A DNA stretch of 64,000 bases. Source: Candidatus Daviesbacteria bacterium (GTDB lineage: Bacteria; Patescibacteriota; Microgenomatia; Daviesbacterales; UBA10151). Position numbers and translations under genes: made by a program. Positions 58,465 through 64,000 of the stretch are shown here, piece by piece (position 1 is the first letter of the stretch; every line of letters starts with the position of its first letter). Under the pieces are notes generated by a model that was given only the letters and a program-made list of their open reading frames with translations, made no database searches and was not told the DNA's origin. The DNA lies in assembly GCA_016176465.1 (NCBI GenBank), contig JACOXD010000006.1, positions 71,878-135,877 of the forward strand. The letters run 5' to 3'.

Positions 58465-59362
58465 AGACTTAAATAAAAATAACCTTAAGTCCAAAGTCAT
58501 TCAGTCTGATAAGTTTGGTAGAGCATTTTTGGCTTTAAATCGAATTACCCAAACAGGCAAGGTTGAACAACACGATCAAGCATCTGATATTACTTTTATT
58601 CTCCAAGGAGAAGCCAAATTGGAAAAAGATGGAGAAATTGAGGATAAAACCTTAAGATCTTTACATGAATGGCAGGGAACAAAAATTAAAAATGGAAGAT
58701 ACTTAGCTGTTAAAAAAGGAGACTTATTAATTATTGAGCCTGGAAGTCCTCATCGGTTTATTATTACAAGATCATCCCAGTTAGTCTATTTAACTTTTAA
58801 GAAATATCTTTCTGATTATATAGAAATAGAAAAATTAGATCCTAATCTAATTGAAAAAATAAAAAAGATTGAAGGAATAATAATGGATGTTGACGGGACA
58901 ATGACTGATGGAAAGGTTTTGGTAAATGATCAGGGAGAGGAGTTTGCCTCTTTTTCTCGGATTGACTCTTTAGCGCTTTTACCCTGGCAAGGAATGGGTA
59001 AAAAAGTAGGCGTTATCTCTAGAGAAGAGATCTCTATTGCCAGTGCTAGAGCCAAAAAGTTAAAGATTAATTGTGTCCAAAATATTAAGGATAAACTTCA
59101 AGCTGCAGAAAAAATGATTAAAGCTTGGAAGCTAAGCTGGGATCAAGTTTGTTTTATAGGAGATGATGTTAATGATATTTCCCTTTTGCAAAAGGTTGGC
59201 TTTTCTACTTGTCCAAAAGATGCCCAGCCTCAAGTTTTAGAAGTTGTTGATTTAGTACTTCCTAAAAAAAGAGGAGACAGTGTTATAAGAGAACTGCTAG
59301 ATTTAATATTTTTAGTACAACTTGGCAAATATCCAGAAGTTTACGAGAGAGAAAAATCTTAA
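58436..59362 (+). CDS. Cupin domain fused to a KdsC-like HAD phosphatase (ulosonate-phosphate phosphatase)
   Basis: The C-terminal half IMDVDGTMTDGKVLVNDQGEEFASFSRIDSLALLP...CFIGDDVNDISLL matches KdsC/YrbI-type HAD (DxDG...GDD.ND). The N-terminal ~140 aa has a cupin-like beta-barrel block (ITFILQGEAKLEKDGE...LLIIEPGSPHRF). Confidence 0.65.
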   Translation: MVINPSSLLKDLNKNNLKSKVIQSDKFGRAFLALNRITQTGKVEQHDQASDITFILQGEAKLEKDGEIEDKTLRSLHEWQGTKIKNGRYLAVKKGDLLIIEPGSPHRFIITRSSQLVYLTFKKYLSDYIEIEKLDPNLIEKIKKIEGIIMDVDGTMTDGKVLVNDQGEEFASFSRIDSLALLPWQGMGKKVGVISREEISIASARAKKLKINCVQNIKDKLQAAEKMIKAWKLSWDQVCFIGDDVNDISLLQKVGFSTCPKDAQPQVLEVVDLVLPKKRGDSVIRELLDLIFLVQLGKYPEVYEREKS

Positions 59363-60189
59363 TGGAAAGATTTAGATTAGATGGAAAAATAGCGGTTGTA
59401 ACAGGAGCGCTTGGGTTACTTGGACCTACTTTTTGTGAAGGTTTGTTGGAGGCTGGTGCAACAGTTATAGGAATTGACTTAACAACCCAAGTCCCAGAAA
59501 GATTTAGGGTTTTACAAGAAAGGTTTGGTGATGATAAAGCAGGAGTGGTAAGAGCAGATATTACTTATAAATCTGAAGTTGATGAGGCTCTGGCTGCATG
59601 TATTAGAAGGTTTGGTGTTCCAGCTATTCTAGTAAATGCTGCTGGGATAGATAAGCCTCCCTTGGCAAGTGCCAGATCCTACCCGCTTGAAGAGATTCCC
59701 CTGGAGGTAAATAGAAGATTTCTGGAGGTTAATGTGCTTGGAACATTTAGGATGATGCAGGTTTTTGGGGGTGCGATGAGAAAGCATGAAATCAGGGGAA
59801 GTATTATTAATATTGGTTCACAATATGCTGATGTTGTACCTGACCCTCATTTTTATGATCATTTAAAAGGATTTTTAAAACTCCCTATATATGGGGCATC
59901 CAAAGCTGCTTTGATTGAACTAACAAGAGAGTTCGCAGTTCACTTTGGAAGATACGGAATTAGAGTTAACGCACTTTCTCCTGGAGGTATTTATAATGAA
60001 CAAAAACCACAAGATCCAGAGTTTTTAAGAAAGTTTTCTGAAAGAGTTCCGTTAGTTAGAATGGAATATCCTCATAGAATGGGCTTTGCTCATGAGTTAA
60101 TTGGGCCACTTTTATTTTTAGCTTCTGAGGCTTCATCTTATATGACTGGAGAAAATTTAAGAGTTAATGGAGGATTTACTGCTCTCTAA
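59362..60189 (+). CDS. Short-chain dehydrogenase/reductase (classical SDR)
   Basis: Has GKIAVVTGALGLLG (TGxxxGxG), NAAG and YGASKAALIELTRE (YxxxK). Local GC is about 50%, much higher than the window average. Confidence 0.8.
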   Translation: MERFRLDGKIAVVTGALGLLGPTFCEGLLEAGATVIGIDLTTQVPERFRVLQERFGDDKAGVVRADITYKSEVDEALAACIRRFGVPAILVNAAGIDKPPLASARSYPLEEIPLEVNRRFLEVNVLGTFRMMQVFGGAMRKHEIRGSIINIGSQYADVVPDPHFYDHLKGFLKLPIYGASKAALIELTREFAVHFGRYGIRVNALSPGGIYNEQKPQDPEFLRKFSERVPLVRMEYPHRMGFAHELIGPLLFLASEASSYMTGENLRVNGGFTAL

Positions 60190-60194
60190 ATTTA

Positions 60195-60941
60195 ATGGTT
60201 AGAATTAAAAAAAATAAAAACAACTCTATACCCAAAGTACTAGGGGTGGTGGGAGCCAGATCTGGCTCAAAATCTATTCCTTATAAAAATATTTATCCCC
60301 TAGCTGGAAAACCCTTAATGGCCTGGATTATTGAGGCTGCTAAAAATGCCAAATTTATCACCAGACTGATACTTTCAACAGACTCTGAAGAGTTTGCTAA
60401 AATAGGCAGGATCTACGGCGCAGAAACGCCTTTTTTAAGGCCTTTAGAACTGGCAACAGATGAGGCAGATGATATATCCTATCTGACCCATGCTGTTTCC
60501 TACCTTGAAAAAAATGAAAACTGGAAACCAGATATTATCTTAAGGCTTCCTGCAACCTCTCCTTTTTGTAGTAGTGAAAGTATAGATGCTTGCATCCAAA
60601 TTTTATTAGATGATCCTAAAGCTTCCTCTGCTAGAACTATAAAAAAAACTCCTAAGCACCCTTTTAAACAATGGAAGATAGAGGGAGATGAGCTAAAACC
60701 TTTTTTGCCAAAGGAAATTACAGGCTTAAAAGAACCGTCTCAAGCCTCAAGGCACTCTTTTCCCCCAGCTTATGCCCATGTCGATGTAATAGCTGTCCGC
60801 TATAATACTTTAATGAAAGAAGGGCTACTGACTGGAAAAAGAACCCGTTTTGTCTTGTTAAATAGTGAGGCGGCTATTGATATAGATGATTTAAATGATT
60901 TTTTACTTGCAGAAATAATTATTAAAAGAAAACTTAGCTAG
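60195..60941 (+). CDS. CMP-ulosonic acid synthetase (acylneuraminate/Kdo cytidylyltransferase, CTP_transf_3 family)
   Basis: VLGVVGARSGSKSIPYKNIYPLAGKPLMAWII...LSTDSEEFAKIGRIYGAE is the canonical NeuA/KdsB N-terminal signature. Confidence 0.8.
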   Translation: MVRIKKNKNNSIPKVLGVVGARSGSKSIPYKNIYPLAGKPLMAWIIEAAKNAKFITRLILSTDSEEFAKIGRIYGAETPFLRPLELATDEADDISYLTHAVSYLEKNENWKPDIILRLPATSPFCSSESIDACIQILLDDPKASSARTIKKTPKHPFKQWKIEGDELKPFLPKEITGLKEPSQASRHSFPPAYAHVDVIAVRYNTLMKEGLLTGKRTRFVLLNSEAAIDIDDLNDFLLAEIIIKRKLS

Positions 60942-60948
60942 ATTAGAT

Positions 60949-62835
60949 ATGGAGACAGAAGGAAAATTGCAATTTATCCCTATTTCTGAAATTGAAAGAG
61001 TTTGGGATGGTAAAATCTTAGCAGATATTTTAAGAATTAATAGCCTGTCTATGATTATGGAGGCAGGTTCTGGACATCCTGGGACTTGTTTAAGTAGCGC
61101 CGAGATTATTGCCACCTTATTTTCTTCTGAGTTAGTTAACCCTAATGATTTTGCTAAAGATCCTTCAGATATTTTCTTTTCTTCAAAGGGGCATGATGCT
61201 CCTTTAATTTATGCTGCCTTAATAGCTACAGGTAGATTGCCGGAGGACAATTTACATAAATTAAGAAGATTAAATGGTCTACCAGGGCATCCTGATATTC
61301 ATACTCCAGGCATTACTACAAATACTGGTTCTTTAGGTATGGGATTATCTAAAGCTGCTGGAATGATTGAAGCAAATCGTTTACAAGGTAAAAAAGGCAG
61401 AGTATTTGTTTTACTGGGGGATGGTGAGCTACAAGAAGGACAAAATTATGAAGCGTTAAGATATGCTACTCAACACAAAATGGGTGAGCTGATAGCTATA
61501 GTAGACCATAATAAAATACAATCTGACACTTGGGTTTGGCAAGTTGGAGACTTAGGAGATCTCGTTGGAAAGTTTAAAAGTTTTGGTTGGGAAGTTGCTA
61601 GGTGTGATGGAAATAATGTTGATGAGCTTCTAGAAGCTTTTGACCACTTTAGAGACTTTACAGATAAACCAAAAATTCTAATTGCTGATACTCTAAAAGG
61701 GGCCGGAGTTACATTTATGGAGTCCTCAAACTTTGGTGAGGAGCTGCAATTTTATCCTTTCCACTCAGGAGCCCCAAGTCTAGAACACTACCAGAAAGCA
61801 ATTACTGAATTAAGAGAAAGAATAGATTCAAAATTAGTCTTATTAGATAGAGATCCAATCCAGTTAGTTTTAAAAGAGATTCCCCATCGAGCTAGCTTAG
61901 TTAATCCTGAGCGTTTAATTTTAAGTTATGGAAATCATTTGGCTACACTGGCTAATACTCATCCAGATATTATTGTTTTAGATGCAGATTTACTAAAGGA
62001 CCATAATTTACAACCCTTTCAAGAAGTTGCACCCGATAGATTTATAGAGTGCGGTATTTCTGAACAACATATGACTTCAGTTGCCGGAGGATTAGCCAGA
62101 AAAGGAAATCTACCTATAACCCATACCTTTGCTGCTTTTCAGTTGAGAGCTTTAGAGCAAATGTATAACAATGCTACAGAAGAAGGGAAGATTATATATG
62201 TAGGATCACTAGCTGGACTTTTGCCAGGAGGTCCGGGACACTCTCATCAAGCTGTAATGGATATTGCCTCCTTTAGAGCAATTCCAAACCTTACTATGAT
62301 TGAACCAAGTTGCGAGCAAGAAGTAAGAATGGCTTTAGACTGGGCAGTGAAAGAAAATCCTCAAAGTAGCTATCTTCGCTTAGTGAGCATTCCTGTTGAG
62401 ACTCCATATATCCTTCCACAGGAATATAAATTAACACTTGGCAGAGGGATAGAACTAATATCTGGAGATGATGCTGTTTTATTTGCTTATGGCCCAGTAA
62501 TGCTTTCTGAGGCAACAAGAGCTTCCATATTTTTAAGAAATCTAGGGATATCTTTATCTGTCATTAACCTTCCCTGGTTAAACAGAGTTGATTTAAGATG
62601 GTTAAAAAACACTTTATTACCTTACCAAATAGTGTTCACTTTAGATGATCACTACATCAGCGGGGGTCAAGGGGAATTAATTGCTGTAAATGTCGCCAGA
62701 ATGTCTGGGAAAAAACCTAAAGTAATTTCTTTTGGGGTGGAGGAGATTCCTGTTTGTGGATTAAATACTGAGGTCCTAAAATACCATGGTCTTGATGCAG
62801 AAAGTTTAGCAGAGAAGGCAAGAAAGATCCTTTAA
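60949..62835 (+). CDS. Transketolase (fused N-terminal TPP-binding and C-terminal pyrimidine/transketolase-C domains, 628 aa)
   Basis: Has GSGHPGTCLSSAEIIATLF (the TPP-binding GHPG motif), GDGELQEGQNYEA, and a C-terminal Pyr/TK-C region. Confidence 0.7.
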   Translation: METEGKLQFIPISEIERVWDGKILADILRINSLSMIMEAGSGHPGTCLSSAEIIATLFSSELVNPNDFAKDPSDIFFSSKGHDAPLIYAALIATGRLPEDNLHKLRRLNGLPGHPDIHTPGITTNTGSLGMGLSKAAGMIEANRLQGKKGRVFVLLGDGELQEGQNYEALRYATQHKMGELIAIVDHNKIQSDTWVWQVGDLGDLVGKFKSFGWEVARCDGNNVDELLEAFDHFRDFTDKPKILIADTLKGAGVTFMESSNFGEELQFYPFHSGAPSLEHYQKAITELRERIDSKLVLLDRDPIQLVLKEIPHRASLVNPERLILSYGNHLATLANTHPDIIVLDADLLKDHNLQPFQEVAPDRFIECGISEQHMTSVAGGLARKGNLPITHTFAAFQLRALEQMYNNATEEGKIIYVGSLAGLLPGGPGHSHQAVMDIASFRAIPNLTMIEPSCEQEVRMALDWAVKENPQSSYLRLVSIPVETPYILPQEYKLTLGRGIELISGDDAVLFAYGPVMLSEATRASIFLRNLGISLSVINLPWLNRVDLRWLKNTLLPYQIVFTLDDHYISGGQGELIAVNVARMSGKKPKVISFGVEEIPVCGLNTEVLKYHGLDAESLAEKARKIL

Positions 62836-64000
62836 ACTGAAACTATTTCTAAAATTTTATTAGCAAATCTCTCTGTTGATCTGCCATCATTCATCTGCTT
62901 CCAAACCCTAGATGCTGCCCACATTCTTTCTCTAGTGGCTCGATCATTTATAATTGAATTGAGTATTCGAGGGAAATCTCTCCAGCCTCTAACTACCGCA
63001 CTTGATCCATCTAAAACCACACTTGGATCTGGAGGAAGCTCGTTTGTCCACTCAGGTCTTAGTCTCATATTAGCAGGAATCATGGCGTGAACTACTAGTC
63101 TTGGTCCTTTTCCTCCTCTCATCCCCTTATCAAAAATAGCCTCTCTTCCCGTTGTTGAGGTATCTGTTACTACAATATCTGCAGCCTGCCTAATCTCATC
63201 CATTGAGTAGCGCAATCTTCCATCTTTATTTCTGATCATAGTATCAACCCCATGATTTCCTAAACTTTCTAAAACTCCAGCATATCTGGCAGCAATTAAA
63301 GGATCATTATACTCATTTGGATGAACTCTGAAAGTAAATTTATATCTTTGGGTATCTAGTTCTTTTATTGCATGTTGAACTAAGTCATTTCCGGTATGGA
63401 AGGTAGCTTCTGTTTTAGTTGCAGCATAAACTATAAACCACTCATCATCTTCAACTCCCAACTCTTTTCTAACTCTTTCATAATTCTCTTCCGTATCTTC
63501 ATAAAAAAACCTATCATCAGCCGGATTACCGACCACAACTCCTCTTCCTTGGTAAGCGCTTACATATTTTATACTTTGCTCTAAAGATCTCTCACTGGCA
63601 AAAAATGCAAAATCAGGCACTACCAACAATCCTTGTCTAGCTAAAACCCGATCATAATATGCCATAAAGGGAGAATTATCTTCATACTTAATAGTTCTTT
63701 CTCCCCTACTTATTCCCTGTGCTATTAAGACTTGTTCTAGATGTTTAGTTGGATCTGAACCACTGACTACTAAATCACCTGTTAACCGCATTAAGTCCTT
63801 AGAAGGTGAAAATCTAGTTGCTCTTAATCCTAGCGAATCAATCTTTCCCTGAAGCGATCTGCTTGCTGCCCCTCCGGCCACTACAAAAACGTCTACGGCA
63901 TCTGCCAGAAGTAATTCTATAACGGGTATTCCAGCTTTATAAGCTCCCTCATCATATACCCCCCAAATAATTCTTTGTCTATCATGATATTCTCTAGGAA
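62832..64000 (-). CDS. Putative KpsC/KpsS-like (Capsule_synth) ulosonic-acid transferase, 5' end beyond the window
   Basis: The frame stays open from the reported GTG (63881) to the window edge. It contains LVQHAIKELD (QxxxKE) followed 13 aa later by FRVHPNEY (HP), the two motifs associated with KpsC/KpsS beta-Kdo transferases. GC is about 45%. Confidence 0.4.
   Translation of the reverse strand, partial: PREYHDRQRIIWGVYDEGAYKAGIPVIELLLADAVDVFVVAGGAASRSLQGKIDSLGLRATRFSPSKDLMRLTGDLVVSGSDPTKHLEQVLIAQGISRGERTIKYEDNSPFMAYYDRVLARQGLLVVPDFAFFASERSLEQSIKYVSAYQGRGVVVGNPADDRFFYEDTEENYERVRKELGVEDDEWFIVYAATKTEATFHTGNDLVQHAIKELDTQRYKFTFRVHPNEYNDPLIAARYAGVLESLGNHGVDTMIRNKDGRLRYSMDEIRQAADIVVTDTSTTGREAIFDKGMRGGKGPRLVVHAMIPANMRLRPEWTNELPPDPSVVLDGSSAVVRGWRDFPRILNSIINDRATRERMWAASRVWKQMNDGRSTERFANKILEIVSV

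Noticed and set aside
1-64000. CRISPR arrays, transposases/IS elements, integrases, toxin-antitoxin or other defence-island genes
   Set aside because: No regularly spaced direct repeats with unique spacers, and no DDE/serine/tyrosine recombinase or nuclease/ATPase defence signatures were seen. The only repeats are the TGTCAT palindromic mini-elements and short tandem motifs.

Overview
This is a low-GC bacterial window (about 30% GC overall; compact, often overlapping genes; frequent TTG/GTG starts). It is most consistent with an uncultivated small-genome lineage such as CPR/Patescibacteria, though the lineage call is inference only.

The first ~20 kb is a housekeeping block, mostly on the minus strand: a partial GT4, galE, mreB, a PEGA-domain membrane protein, divergent tRNA-Pro(CGG) and tRNA-Arg(CCT), a Tat-signal lytic-transglycosylase-like protein, ndk, a metallophosphoesterase, argS-argG-argH, a GNAT, comEC-comEA, a DUF45 metallohydrolase, a frameshifted leuS, tandem tRNA-Ala(CGC) and tRNA-Ala(GGC), a LysM-M23 peptidase and rho. 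This block holds a family of RPE-like palindromic mini-elements (TIR TGTCATYCTGA ... TCAGRATGACA). One copy is translated in-frame inside argS, and others sit exactly at gene starts and ends.

From ~20.4 kb to the window end is a ~43 kb cell-surface glycan biosynthesis and decoration island at ~25-32% GC. It carries many GT2 and GT4 glycosyltransferases, polytopic membrane proteins tentatively GT-C-like, and three paralogous 890-960 aa YfhO-like membrane proteins sharing a WWEKEEE C-terminal tail. It also encodes SAM methyltransferases (two with Trm112-like zinc ribbons), a NodU/CmcH-type carbamoyltransferase, and two cassettes of sugar aminotransferase plus N-formyl/acetyltransferase plus epimerase/dehydratase. 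One cassette has an Arn-like arrangement (aminotransferase, formyltransferase, polyprenyl-P GT2, polytopic membrane protein possibly GT-C). The terminal module, with GC rising to 40-50%, makes an activated ulosonic acid: NeuB-like synthase, cupin-HAD phosphatase, SDR, NeuA-like cytidylyltransferase and a fused transketolase, followed by a KpsC/KpsS-like candidate transferase (QxxxKE and HP motifs).

I found no CRISPR array, transposase or obvious defence genes. All functional calls rest on motif recognition by eye; no database search was possible.
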